A stretch of DNA of 63,068 nucleotides, filler included, from Rhabdomonas costata (Eukaryota): NCBI GenBank assembly GCA_019059605.1. It is 42 parts of 42 records of this genome, joined end to end, with 100 filler letters (N's around TTAATTAATTAA, not from the genome) between each part and the next. Parts side by side here need not be neighbours in the genome. Positions count along the whole stretch, not along the records: positions 24,094 to 25,496 come from JAHMHO010016966.1; positions 25,597 to 26,999 come from JAHMHO010016967.1; positions 27,100 to 28,502 come from JAHMHO010016968.1; positions 28,603 to 30,005 come from JAHMHO010016969.1; positions 30,106 to 31,508 come from JAHMHO010016970.1; positions 31,609 to 33,011 come from JAHMHO010016971.1; positions 33,112 to 34,514 come from JAHMHO010016972.1; positions 34,615 to 36,017 come from JAHMHO010016973.1; 34 more parts are not named here. The stretch is one strand, 5' to 3'. Below, in pieces: positions 24,651-37,514 of the stretch. A program made the position numbers and the translations under genes. Below the pieces are notes generated by a model, which was not told where the DNA came from, did not search any database, and saw only the letters and a list, made by a program, of their open reading frames with translations. Every line of letters starts with the position of its first letter. Position 1 is the first letter of the stretch.

Positions 24651-25933
24651 AGCATCCATCTATATATAGCCCCCTCGGGTTTTCCCGTAGCGGCTAAGCG
24701 CACGCGTTTCTCTGCTAAGTTAGTCCCTTTCTCTCAATCAGCATCGCCTCCGCCATTCCCTGCTGGACTGCTGGACGTTCGTGTCGAGTGGACCTGATGC
24801 TCCCCACAGTCGGTTGATGTTTTGGATTAAGAGGGACAAGGGAGGGTGGCCAGAACCCGACAGGCACCGGCATCGAATTCCCACCACATTTGCGTTGCGA
24901 AGTCCCCCTTGGTTTTCTTGCTTTCCCGGCGCACGCGTGTGGAAACTTGAGAACAATAACCAGGTTATAATGAGGGCGGCATACTCGGCTGAGAGGTCAC
25001 CTGAGTCCAAATGACTTAACTCATGCACACGTTAAAGGATGCACCATGTCTCATCGTGACTGTGCAAGTGCACATATTGTTGGGCGGTTCTAATTGCTGT
25101 TTCCTATTGTCTTCGCATTCCACTGAGCACTTCGCATAAATGATGCTGATGGGGCGCTGTGCCGGAATACAGCTCCTTTGCTTATTGAGAACTCCCCCCG
25201 CTCCGGCAGATTGGGCTCAGTTTGCAAACCTGCACAGGTTCTGAAGCTGCCTTCACAGCCCATCCTGTGGCATAAAGGCCCCATGAAGGCCTGGCCTTTA
25301 AGGCGAATTCGCCGATGAAATCAGGCTTCGCCTGTCTTCTTGCATCCTCAGAGGGGCTTTCCTTTGCTCGCGCGCTGGGGCCTTGGTCTCCTTGCCCCTT
25401 GCCCCCGTTTCTCTGTGTGTGCGCCATTGCATTTCCTGCCCCCACCCCATCCCTCATTTTTCCGAGTGAGCTATGGGTTTGCGTGGGATTGCCGTGNNNN
25501 NNNNNNNNNNNNNNNNNNNNNNNNNNNNNNNNNNNNNNNNTTAATTAATTAANNNNNNNNNNNNNNNNNNNNNNNNNNNNNNNNNNNNNNNNNNNNGGGT
25601 GTGGTGAGCATGCGGTGTTCGGGAGCTGTGGGAGTGGGCGTGTACGTGTGCGTTCCGGACGCGTTGCGCTCACCTCTTGTGCCTTTCTTCCCCTAGTTTT
25701 GTGTTGCGGGTGGCCCTCTCTTTCCCCCAACTTGCCGAGTATCCTTCCTGGACTTGGGTTAGGGGACATTGCCCACGCAGTTTTATGAGACTGTGTGTCT
25801 GTGTACTCTGTACAGGGGGCACGATGTGCCCCGGCGTTCGAATGGTTTTGCCCTCCTGCCACGGCGCGAAGGCAACTGAAGGGTGGTGTAGGATGCCCTT
25901 TTGAAATGAAACGCTGGGGATTGGATGTGTCAG

Positions 25934-26635
25934 CACCTGTAACTTCTCTGCTATCTTCCTATCCATTACCCTGCAGGGTAAGTGCCGCAGCAGCTCTTCT
26001 TTATCCACTTGTGCGTTTCCTGCCCTCCCGCTGTCGTCACCGTGCTTCTTTTCCTTTAGAACGTTTTGCCTTCGAGCTGAATCTTTGACGTTTCCCCTTA
26101 TTCCCCGTTTTTCTGTGTTTTCCTTCACACCCCTTCGCTCTGGTCCCAAGCACTCTTTGTTCTCTTTTTTCGATGCAATTGCTGCGCTGTTCCATGTTGC
26201 CGTCAGTCGTCCGGTGCCTGGTTGGCCCACAACCATTTCCATCCTGCAGAGATGGTCCTTGCCCACGGTGGTTCCTCACATCTGCTGCACTACATCCCAT
26301 GGTCACTGGAGCGGGTGCTCTCCTTTGGTGCCCTGGTCTGCCTGGGCAGCTTCCTTGACTTCACTGTTGGAGTGCCCGCCCGCCTCACCGCGGCCGCCTT
26401 CCGTGGACTTCTCCGCGCCCCTAGGGGACTATGGGGGGCAATTTCCTCGGAAGTGCCCAGCAGCTGCACCAGTAGCAGTAGTAGCAGCGTAGGGCCAGGG
26501 AGTGGGGATGAGAACCGCGGGGCGGCTGTGGAGGATGCGCTGAGGCTGGCCATGCTTGGGGTGGTAACTGCGCTGCTGTGGTGCATCCCTTGGACAGAGT
26601 ACTCTGTGATGTACCACTTCGTGCGCAATGAAAAT
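25934..26635 (+). CDS. TAPT1: TAPT1/Emp65/POD1 (DUF747) ER membrane protein; exons 25934-25977 (tentative), 26250-26635
   Basis: YIPWSLERVLSFGALVCLGSFLDFTVGVPARL...EDALRL...EYSVMYHFVRNEN matches PxxLExxxxFGxLVCLDSFL and SxxYHxIR. Confidence 0.8.
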
Positions 26636-27588
26636 GTATGCCTGTGTAGGCAGGGGCGGGTGACGACGGAATGCCATTGTAAACGCACCCCACACCAATA
26701 CAGCCGTTCACCTGTTTTAACACCCATCGCAACTCTCTATTATGTATGCCAATGTGTGGTGTATGTATGAGAACAGTGCTGGCACGGGTGGTAATCAGGA
26801 GTTTCAAAGTCTCAGTGGAGACTATACCCTTCTTCCAACGCAAAAGTTCCGTTGCCTTCCCCGCACCTTTTTCCATGGTTCTGTTAGTATACCATGTGAC
26901 ATCCACATGGGAACATCCTATAACGCGCATGAAGCAGAGATCTCACGCAGAACGGAACGCCAGAAGAGAGAAGAAGAAGCGGTTGTCGAGCAACAAACAN
27001 NNNNNNNNNNNNNNNNNNNNNNNNNNNNNNNNNNNNNNNNNNNTTAATTAATTAANNNNNNNNNNNNNNNNNNNNNNNNNNNNNNNNNNNNNNNNNNNNG
27101 GTGGTTGGGAGACCGGAGCATGGGGGTCGATTATGCGTGTGTGTGCTTTGCTTCTGTGGCGTGTGTTTGGTTTGCGTCTGCTTGCCCATGTGTGGGTAAG
27201 CGTGGGTGCCTTTGTTTTATGGTGTTATGGCGTAAGCCTGCTTTGGAGAAAAGTGGGTTCACACTGCGGAAGAGAGGAGATCAGAGGCGTGGGGCCTCGT
27301 TGAGCTTCGCGTGTCTGTCCTTAGTAGCACTTCTCTCGTGTTGCGGCACTTGTGACACTGTCTTGTTGTTCACCTGAGGAGAGGTAAACTTCGGACAGAC
27401 ACGTCTGTATTAAATACAGACTGGTTTCAATACAATCCTGGCAATGCTCGATGACAATCGATCACAGAATATTCCATTGCTCGTCTCTTTATGACTGCCT
27501 TTTGGCAGAAGCTGCTTTTTGCTTGAGCTCTGGTGATGAATATTCGGCATACCTACACTTATTCGCCCACGAGTCCGAAAGGCAAGTC

Positions 27589-28502
27589 ACTGAAAACAGC
27601 CATCCGCAGTACACTCCATTAGTGATAAAAAAAGATCAGAGTGGTCAGGGAGGTTCCAGCACCATTGAAACGCCTTCACAGGTGGTCAGCAGAGCATCCA
27701 CCTCGTGCCCTGAGGAAGTTTTTGAGGTTGCCCCAAGCGCCGTCAATACCCTGGGTCTACACCACCCTAAGATTGCCTTTTATCGTCTCCCGACGGGTAT
27801 ACTCCCCCTTGTTGTGATCCACCTGAGAGTTGAAGATGCCCAGTTCCTTGCAAACAGAGGTGTAAGCTCGGGCGCCATCCGTGAACAACAGAGTTCCAGG
27901 AAGCAGCCTTTCCACAAGCGGTCTCACATCATCAGCACTAGGAGGACCAAAACGGCGTTCATCGTCCTCCTTTCTCAGCTTATTTTAAGCCTCCACCAGA
28001 AGACGGCCACTGTGCCTCTCACACAAACCACGAAAATCGCCTTTAACCTGAGAATCTCTGCCATGCATCCCTTTCCTCTTTCTGCCGACTTCGCATTCAT
28101 CAGATTCGACCTCCAACAGCTTTCCACCGAAGGCATCTTGCTCAGAATGCCGCTTCTCCCAGTTCATAACACACACCCTGAACCGCTCAGACCAAGAAGC
28201 CACGGTGGCGGGAGAGAAGCCGAGCATATCCTGAGACCTCTCACTGTTGTGTGCCCAGAAGTAAGCCAAGTAGACCCATTGCTTTAGCGTCAAATGGCAT
28301 TTCTCCAAGATGCCATCACATTTGCCATAAACCCTGCGACGACAAGCGGTGCATCTCCTATAGGCACAGCCATGTTCATAGTACCACTTCGAGGACAAAT
28401 GAGCACCACGGCTGCAAGCCTTGAAGCCCTGAAGCACTCCTTATTTTGTTAGAAAAGCACGCAGATTGTCATTTTCAGAACACATAGTCTCCAAATCAAA
28501 AC
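27589..28502 (-). mobile_element. Merlin (IS1595/ISXO2-like) DNA transposase pseudogene
   Basis: Cys-rich N-terminus, HTH-like LGFSPATVASWSERFR, then EVESDECEVGRKRK, LFTDGARAY, VDHNKGEY and TQGIDGAWGNLK in one frame. In-frame stops at 27985-27987 and 27757-27759. Confidence 0.88.
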
Positions 28503-28602
28503 NNNNNNNNNNNNNNNNNNNNNNNNNNNNNNNNNNNNNNNNNNNNTTAATTAATTAANNNNNNNNNNNNNNNNNNNNNNNNNNNNNNNNNNNNNNNNNN
28601 NN

Positions 28603-30005
28603 TTGTGTTTGTGTTTCAGGACCGCAACAAACCAACGACGCTTCAGACACAGGCATCGGATCAGTTTTGTTACAGACTGATGACTCGAATATCCTTTTCA
28701 TGGTTGTGTGCACCTTTCAGAATTTGAATAAACATGAAGTTAACTACCTTACACACGAAAAGGAACTGCTGACTCTCGTAGACGCTTTCGATCGTTGGAA
28801 GCACTACTTTCATGGTGAAAATGTCTTCACCTAAAACACATACTTACAGCACATTCACACCATGGAAAAGCCGAGCCCACGCAAGATTAGTTGGCTACAT
28901 TCATTGCAGGAATTCGATTTGACCGTCACACACATTCCTGGTAAGTCAAATGTTGTTGCCGACGTTCTCTACATCATGCACGAGCAATAGGAGATGGGGA
29001 CACCTCCGCGCCGAAGCTCGTAAATAATGTAAATAATGTGTTCCGTTGTTTCGCTGGACCCTCTTGAATCTTGTTGGACGACTGGGTGGACGATTAACGA
29101 CAATATCCTGAAATCTTCGAATACATTTCGACTCCAACACCAACGAGCTTCACGGGGAAAAGCGGAAACACTACAAGTACTGTCGACTTTGGGCCGATGA
29201 CAAAATACTCGTTCCAAAGAATTGTGTAAATGAGATTATCACCGCGCACCACGATCCTATTGTCGCTGGTCACTATGAAATTCATCGGACAGTCAGCGCG
29301 GTCAAACTTCGGTTCTTCTTCTTCCAACGGATGCAAACACTGGTGTGCGAACGCACTGATTACTGCATAGTCTGTCAACATTTCAAAGCTGATCATCACA
29401 ATCATTGAGGACTGATGGAACGAGTTTCAATTCCAACGCAGAAATTGCAGTAAATTGGCGTGTACAGCATCGTCAAGCTACCGCAAATTAGGCGGGAGGT
29501 GAGGACCTACTACGCGGTGCTGACAGTCACAGACCGTGCTACAATGACTATCAGGAACACCGAGTGCAGCCACCAAGAAATGCAAATAAAAAGCGGACCA
29601 AACCGCAACCTCCGCAGGAGATCATCAAATACTTGATCAATGAAGATCGAGCGGGGCTCTTTCGGAAAGCCGAAGCCAGGTACCGTGCAGCACACAGGGA
29701 ACATCAGCGCAAGTACGGGTTACACAGTTTTCGGATTGGTATTCTCCTACTTTGACGCCAAAGAGCACGCTTGATTGTACGACTCGGTTTTTCGGATCGT
29801 CTGCATTGTACTTGACTATCGACCCACGATCGACTTGTTTTAAGATACCTGCACAGCCAAACTGCGGCGGTTTCTCAGTGCGCTCGAACGAGCTGAGACA
29901 AGTGGCGCCAATGCGTTCAACTACCTATGGGCCGGAGAGAGTGGGTATGAAAACCACCAACTCGCTTATCGGAGACTGAACTACAACAAGTCAAAGAAGA
30001 TACCT
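28603..30005 (+). mobile_element. Decayed Ty3/gypsy LTR-retrotransposon pol (RNase H and integrase remnants)
   Basis: NYLTHEKELLTLVDAFDRWKHYFHG, WLHSLQEFDLTVTHIPGKSNVVAD, the integrase zinc finger HDPIVAGH...CIVCQ, and AVLTVTDRAT. Many stops and frameshifts. Confidence 0.9.
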
Positions 30006-30674
30006 NNNNNNNNNNNNNNNNNNNNNNNNNNNNNNNNNNNNNNNNNNNNTTAATTAATTAANNNNNNNNNNNNNNNNNNNNNNNNNNNNNNNNNNNNNNN
30101 NNNNNGTTTGGTGGTAAGTGTAGGGTACCCTTTAGAAACGGAGAGTGTACGCTAAAAAACGGGTGTCGCTACTGCTGCTGCGACGGTATGTGCGTGGCAT
30201 GCATTGTTTCACAGCAATCTTTTATCTCCGTTGCGCTTTGTGTGATGATAATTTTTGTCCTACCCACTTTTAGCTGATTTACCAAAATGGTGGCCAGTCA
30301 CAACTGTCCGGGTTGTGCAGCTGTTGTGATTCGCCGCAGAAGCGCCGTGTGCCTTGGCCAGGGAGTAGGCGTAAAGCGCCTCCTGCTCACACCATCACCA
30401 CGTACACTATAGCAGTGCAAGCCCGAGTAGCCACAGTGAAGAGTTTATTCAAAAAAAAGTATTTTTATTGGGACACCCTCGGATACTACGTTTGTCCATT
30501 GAACGGACGGCAGCCACAAACCGGTGTTGCCAACAATACTTCCCACGGCAAGAGATCACACGGGTCAGAAGCTACCCTCTGCGAAAGTCCTTCGGTAATG
30601 GACGGCACACAGTATGGCGGGTCCTTCACGAACACAGAAACCGACGCAACAAAACGAAAAGATATCGGCCAAAC

Positions 30675-31217
30675 CTGACAGCGCTCTGTACGGAGAACTC
30701 TTGTCGGGCCGCATCCGGATCGCCACAATGCTGTCATCCACCTTTGCATGGATGTTATCATCGAAGAAAATCGAGTGCACCCCAGGAGCATCCTGAGAGG
30801 CAGTCACCCACATCGGCTTCCCAGAGCACGGGAGGTATCGGTTCCCCTTCCAGGCCTGGTAGTCATCCCTGACTCCAACGATTCGGCCCTGGCACTGCAC
30901 CAGGAAGGCTTCCATCTCACACTCTGGAATGCCCTCCCCCGTCGTGGCCCTGGATTCCAGCGCGTCCCCATGCACTGGGCCTTGCAGCTGCTCTACCGCG
31001 ATCGTGTTGGTGGCGGGGTTACTTGGGTCTTGCCGAGTGACGTAGAGCCATATTGGAGGATTGGTGGCAAGGGAGCTCAGAGCGGGGTAGTCTTTGGCCA
31101 CGGTAGGAAAGTCCGGATGGTACCCACCGGCGAAGGCTTGAACTGCTCGCACGGCGTCGGGGATGTCCCACCCCATGGAGCGGAACACCAGCGTGAACGG
31201 GAGAGCGCAACGCTCGC
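30675..31217 (-). CDS. Conserved uncharacterised protein with HAD-like motifs, 543-nt internal exon
   Basis: FTLVFRSMGWDI...HPDF...VRDDYQAW...GKPMWV...HSIFFDDNI...DSIVAIR. Phase 1-1 exon with GAG acceptor and GTTTGG donor. Confidence 0.7.
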
Positions 31218-31608
31218 CTCAGGCGACCGCCATCCACACGCATTTTGGCGCTATCGTTAATAAATGGTCACAGGACACCCAGGATGACGAGGTTGAGGAT
31301 TGGGGATTCGAGTTCGAGGTTAAGGTCCAAATAGTATGGCTTTAAGATTCCTTGTTGACATGATGTGGGGTAGAAAGAGGTCCCATGACTTCCTCACTTC
31401 ACCAATGCTCCCCTTCCCCCATACAATGGAAGCCGATCGTTGCACATAGGAATAAAAACCAGCACAGGTGACCAACCCAGGTTCCAGTTCCAGTTCATAA
31501 ATGCGGATNNNNNNNNNNNNNNNNNNNNNNNNNNNNNNNNNNNNNNNNNNNNTTAATTAATTAANNNNNNNNNNNNNNNNNNNNNNNNNNNNNNNNNNNN
31601 NNNNNNNN

Positions 31609-31870
31609 GATCAGCGGCGGGATGTGGCGTTTTTGGGGGCGGACTACCGCCCTCCGATGAACCTGCGGGAGTTCGTGAGGCATTTGGACAGGACACCTCG
31701 CATGGATTGTTCACGGTGTGTCTTCCTTCCTCATTTTACTGCCAAAAATATGCCAAATATTCTGTGAGAACCCGCGGATGGCGGATGGAGGCCATCCTTT
31801 GGGACCGGGTGCTGATGTACTGGATGTGTGGCGCTTGCACTTGCTCCCACGGACAGGTCTCTGCCTCCAG
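31609..31870 (+). CDS. Two small exons of an unidentified gene (<31609-~31674 and ~31769-31870)
   Basis: GC3-rich frames and a GTAGGC donor at 31871. The join is ambiguous because GTGAG occurs at both intron ends. Confidence 0.35.
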
Positions 31871-33298
31871 GTAGGCGAGGAAAGGAGGTGGCCAGCACAC
31901 GGCCACCACGCGTTGGGCCCATCTCTCTCTAGTGAGCTTTGGTTGTGAAGATCCCAATTCTATCACCTGTGCTTCTTTTTTTTTGGCTTAAGACCATCGA
32001 AAGTAGAGCTGGGGGTGGTACCCTGAAGAGGACCCCGTTGATGGTTGGAGTGAGAGTCTGGCTTTTTGGGTATTGAATTCGAAGCAAAGTGCTGGGCATT
32101 TGAGCATTGGTAGGGCACCTAGAAATGAAGCGTGTAGTGGAACTATTACTTCGGTTTGGTTCGCCCAAGCAACAGCCTGCCTTGACAGAGCTCATTCCAG
32201 TCCTGAAAAGCACTGACCCGATGTTAATGCTGTCACGCTGTCACTGCTGCTTCTGTTGCAGGGGCCCGTTGACTTCCTCTCCTTACCCGCGGACCTGCCG
32301 ACATCCCCTCCCTCTCCGAACGTTAGTCTTGTTCGCAGTGTGTTGCGCCCATTGGTCATAATGCCCTACCTTTCCACGTTGGGTTTTGCGTGTTCTTCTC
32401 TGCCAATTCCTTGGAGAGCTGTGGTACTATGTCTGTTTGATTGAACCCTTACCTATTGTGTAATCCCAATTTGCTGTTCGCTGGCCTTCCTTTGGGGTGG
32501 ACCGGAGCAAGTGAAGGCCGAAGCTTACGCACGATTTCAGTTTTGACTTTGTTTCCATAGCGAGTTTTGTGTTTAAGAATGTTTGGTCATCCGTCGCTTA
32601 TCCTCCCATTAAGCCCCCGCATATGGCGGGAGCTTGGTCCCTTGGGGCCATTGGGTAGGTTCTTGCCGTCGTCGAATTGCCTGGCTGGGGGATTTTGGAT
32701 TGTTGCGATGATGGGTCCACCGTGGCAGCGCGGTCCGGGGGCTTTAAACGGTATAACGCCGTTATACGGTATAACACCGTCATACATTATACGGTATCAC
32801 TGTGTTTTAAATCATTGGATAACATTCCTTCGTGGTCCGAGCATCAAGCATCTGGGATCAACTCCATGTGCTCTTCCCCTCTCCCTCCCTCCCTCTCTCT
32901 CTCTCTGCGGTTGTTTCCGTCAGGACTTTTCTTTTTTCGCTGTCGCCGTTGGCGGCGTATTTTCTCGAAGCTACTTTTTTGTTGACCGCTTCGATTATCG
33001 CCCACAAAAAANNNNNNNNNNNNNNNNNNNNNNNNNNNNNNNNNNNNNNNNNNNNTTAATTAATTAANNNNNNNNNNNNNNNNNNNNNNNNNNNNNNNNN
33101 NNNNNNNNNNNTGTTGGTTGGGTGACTGGTTGGCTGGTTGGTGGTGACCACTGGGGACTGACTGGCGCACGCGCTGTTGGCCACGGGTACTCGGGATGGT
33201 GCCGTTGGAGCGAACGGTGCCGTGCGGAACCGGGACAGTGTGTGGGGCGCATTGCGCGCTGGCGGTTGTTTTTGGAGACATATGTGTGTGGTGGGCAG

Positions 33299-34320
33299 TA
33301 CCGGAAGCTGTGGTGGAGGCTCCCGATGCGATCGAGGTAAAGGCAGAGGTCAGGCCAGAGCTCACCCCCGAACTACCATCTAAGTGCCCCAGAGCCGGTG
33401 GGGTGGGGTGGGATGGGATGGGGCAATGAAAGGAAAGGGCAACAGCCCCTCACTTCCCGCACACAGGAATTTCATTACTAGATGATAGATGGATATTTCG
33501 CGATGCTTCTTGAAAATGCTAGGAAATCCGACTGTCCCTGCGACGGCAAAACGTTTCATCTGACATTGAACCAAACACATGAGTAAATCGGGGGGTTCAA
33601 AAACCAGTCGGGGTTTGGTGGACCGTTGTGAAAACATTCTGTTGCGGGGGCACAATGCGAGGAAACCTTTGTGCCACAGATTACGTCAGAATAACTGCCT
33701 CAGCACCTTGAGTGCCCGCAAGCCAATGCAGCGCGGAGGGCACCCAAAGGACAGACCCACTGCGCAGACAAGGCCACAGGTGAAAACTAGGAAAGAAGGA
33801 CTGGAGGCAAGGGAGACTGGAGGGAGGGACCTCCGGAGGCAGCTGCGGAAACGCAGGGGTACTGCGCAGTGGTCAGCCCCGCACCTGATACAATCAGGTA
33901 CCAAATGTCAAGCCCCCGCCCCCAAGAACCCAAGAAGGAAGCAACTGAAGTAAGAGTCAATGGGAATGGGGTCACTTGACTATTCTGGGGTCAGTGCCAC
34001 ACATCAAATGCGAATGGTTTTAGCAGGCAGGAAAAAGCAGGAATACTAAAGCCAGGGACACAGGGAAAATCGAGCGGGAAGGGGGGACAGGGGACAGCAA
34101 AAATATTAAGAGCTGAGCTGGTTTTGGATGACAAGACCGAACAAGTCCCCTCAGGACACGACCCCGACAATTCGAAATTATCGGTGATTCGATGGAGTTT
34201 TCTCGGGTGTACGTTTTCTGTCTCGCTCTCTCCTCTCAGACTGTCGAGAAGATCGTGACCGTTACGGCGGAAAGCATCCGAGAGGTGCCCGTGGAACGCT
34301 TCGTGGACAAGCTTGTGACG
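33299..34320 (+). CDS. Articulin/epiplasmin-like VPV-repeat cortical protein; exons 33299-33336, 34240-34320
   Basis: VPEAVVEAPDAIE|TVEKIVTVTAESIREVPVERFVDKLVT, with clean GT-AG sites and a phase-0 join. Confidence 0.7.
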
Positions 34321-34943
34321 GTGTGTTTCGCGAAGTGAACCTGATATGGCAATCACTTATGGGAGTGGGGGTTCTGGTTTTTGACGTCTCTCGGGGCTGA
34401 GGGATGTGGCAGCAGCGAGGAAGGTGGGAGGGGTATTTACCCCAGGGGCCCTCCACAAGGTCAGCGACGACCAGAAAGAAGAGGCAACCAAGCCCAACCC
34501 CAGGTCCTCCGCGGNNNNNNNNNNNNNNNNNNNNNNNNNNNNNNNNNNNNNNNNNNNNTTAATTAATTAANNNNNNNNNNNNNNNNNNNNNNNNNNNNNN
34601 NNNNNNNNNNNNNNGTTGGTTTGTGACTTGTCGAAACAAAAAACAAAAATGCGGTTAAATGCCTTACGCGAATGCGTGTGTGGATGTTTGCATACGATTT
34701 TTAGTGGCCTGGTAATGTGTGAGAATGCACCAACACGAAACGCATCCTGGCTGTGTGGGTGCCATTTTGCACGAGACAGTACTAAGTACACCGTGTTTTT
34801 GGGAACCGGCAATCCCCCTTTGTGACCCTGTGCATCTGCGGGGCAAACCCGAAAATATCGAGGAGCTCAATCATTGGCCCTTCCTGGGCTTTGTCTCTGT
34901 AGGCTTCATAGCTTGACCCCGCTACCTCTGGAATCTTTCACAG

Positions 34944-35685
34944 CAACGCATGTCTGAGGGTCTGCCCCCGCTGGAGAGCTCCGAGGCGGAGCTCCAGAAG
35001 TCTCTGAGAGCCCAGGAGCAAAAGCAGGAGATGCTGGCCTCCCTGCGGCAAAAGTATTGCGCCCATCCTTGCTGCGAGCAGGCACTATGCCGCCCTGGGG
35101 CCCCCGAAATCCCATCCTGTGAACGTGCACGTGAGATGTGTGCAACTCATACGGCTAGAGTCATAGATTCCTCTGGATTCAAGACTTTGAAATAGAATTC
35201 CCGGCACTGAAATCCAGCTTCCAGCCCTTTTCCCCCTGTGTTCTTTACGGCACGCCCACAGCACAAATTAGGCGTTCCCCCGGCGGGTCATCGTTGGTTT
35301 TCTGCGGACATAATGAAAGGTTTTGTGTCTGTTTGAATTCGGGGATGGTGAGGCAGCGTCAATATGTCCATCTCCCGTCATTCTGAAAACTGAACGGCGC
35401 CCCATTCCCTCATAGAGGATCTCACCCTCGCCCCCCCCCACTTCCCTCAGTGCGCGCACACGCATTTTGCACGCGCACTCAAGGCGGCAGCTGGAGGCCT
35501 CGGAGCCCCCCTCGGGGCAGATCGTGCGGACGACCGCGGAGCAGCGCCCCAACGCGTACATCCCGGACCAGGCCCTGATGATTCCCAAGCCCTATGGCAG
35601 CCACCAGCCCTTCAAGCAAACCACCCTGGGCCACTCCGCCCACAAGTACTGCCGCAAGCCCGTGGCACAGCCCGTCCAGCTGTGA
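34944..35685 (+). CDS. CCDC146: CCDC146/MBO2 flagellar coiled-coil protein, last two exons 34944-35053, 35484-35685
   Basis: C-terminus RTTAEQRPNAYIPDQALMIPKPYGSHQPFK...RKPVAQPVQL-stop matches the TTAExRPNAYIP...PxPYGxxxPFK signature. Confidence 0.85.
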
Positions 35686-37378
35686 GACCTCCACTGACTG
35701 ACTGACTGAGCCCCGAGGGGGCTTTTTCGTGATTTTCGAAAGAGATGCGCCGTGCAGGGTGTGTATGTTTTACGTTCTCGTGAATGGAACAGTGCCCCCC
35801 TCAAGGGGCTCGGTGAACGCCTTGTCGGCCCGTGTCTGCTTCGCTTTATGCGCTGTGAATGTGAGGAGGCACACGTGCACTGCGCACGTCGTGTCTCCTG
35901 AAGAATTTGCTTTTGTAATATACTTTTTGCCTGTGGACTCAGTGTGGATGCAGGTTGTATAGCTGTGTGTGCAGTGCCTTCTCACTGATTGGACGGTAAA
36001 CTTCTTGCTTGGTGTGCNNNNNNNNNNNNNNNNNNNNNNNNNNNNNNNNNNNNNNNNNNNNTTAATTAATTAANNNNNNNNNNNNNNNNNNNNNNNNNNN
36101 NNNNNNNNNNNNNNNNNTGTGGTGGGTGTGGTTGGTTGTTTGTTGCTTTCGAGTTTCCACAAACACGTGCGCAAGCGAAAGGAAGAACAGCAATGTCCGC
36201 ATTGAGGCGCTAACGCTCCCCGATGCCCTGCTAGGGCCAGTAAAGACATCATGAACAACTGAGGTCTACACCCTCGACTCGGACACTCCGGTGTCCTTCC
36301 GTTCCCTTCGATTGAAAGAAAACGAAACCAATGACAGATGGGCAGCAGAAGGTCGGAGCCATGGTGTCCCCCCATACACAAACAGTGAACTTCTCCGAGC
36401 AAGGTGCACCCGCAGCTGGGGCAGCCCCCGCATGCAAAATGTCCTCCAGCCTCCCACAGAGAATGGGTCAGACGATGCAGCTGTCCATGAGGCTCTCGTG
36501 AGCCTCTTGGTTTGCCTCCAGAAAGTTCAGAAGCTTCTTCTTAGTGTTCGCATAGCACAGAGAGAACTGCGTCATGCAGGCGTCAAAGCATTCCTTTTCC
36601 TTCCTTCGCCGCTGAAGTTCCTTATAGTCTTTGTGGTGGTCAAGGCTGTCCTCGCCCCGCTGGAGCGTCCGCCAGTTCCCTCTTGAGCACTTCTCCAGGC
36701 AAATCTCTCCTCCTTTGAGACGCCCCACATTACACATGTGCCACAGTGCGTAAGCGCGGGTGCTTAACAGCCACCGAGCCAATATATTAACGAGCTTTAT
36801 ATTGATTAATGAGCAGCCAGTAGAAAATTTGCTTCACAAATCAAATAAAACATATAATGGGGCCGGAAAAAAAGAAAACTACACTTGAAAAACCACCGCT
36901 TAGCGATGTCAAAATATATGACGTATAAAAAATTGTGCATTGCAGCTGGTAATAATTTCCTTACTATATATAGCAGGCTACACCTAAATCGAGAGTTTGC
37001 TACGTTGCGTATTGATGAAGGGACGGCATATGCTGCCAATATGCCAGCGGCATAAATACAGGCTAAAAAGACTTCAGTTCGAAAGGTTACGGGCTAAGTT
37101 CTCAATTTTGGGGTGTAACTAGGCTTATATGTTATATACCATATATGGTGTTACGGGCTGCATAATACCATTATACGCTATAATATCAATCTCGTATTGC
37201 CCGTGCCACCATAAAATTATTAAATTAGGGTAAAAATTAAGGTAAGTTACATCCATACATTAGTTTCTCACGAGATTCCAGTTTAAGTCCTGAAAACGTC
37301 GTATAATCGCCCTTGGCCGGCATGTATGCACATGACATGTTTCAAACGTCTTCTAAGAAGCACGTGTGCTGAGTTAAC

Positions 37379-37514
37379 GGTGTAACGTGGCCAAATAAAA
37401 ATGTCCACCGCGATATAATAGTATAAGCCATGGTGACGGCTCCTGGTTGCGGGTCGTCACCATGGCTTATACTATTATATCGCGGTGGACATTTTTATTT
37501 GGCCACGTTACACC
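37379..37514. repeat. Terminal inverted repeat (37379-37438 / 37455-37514)
   Basis: 60-bp perfect arms, 16-bp loop, then an A/C-only tail. Confidence 0.92.

Noticed and set aside
27757-27987. In-frame TAA and TAG in the transposase read as stop-codon reassignment
   Set aside because: Host exons have no in-frame stops and end normally at TGA or TAG, and the element also has other lesions.
27451-28287. 278-aa plus-strand ORF
   Set aside because: It is the antisense shadow of the Merlin transposase and has no motifs of its own.
36468-36782. 104-aa minus-strand ORF next to an AT-rich block
   Set aside because: No clear splice sites or motifs, so it cannot be supported as a gene.
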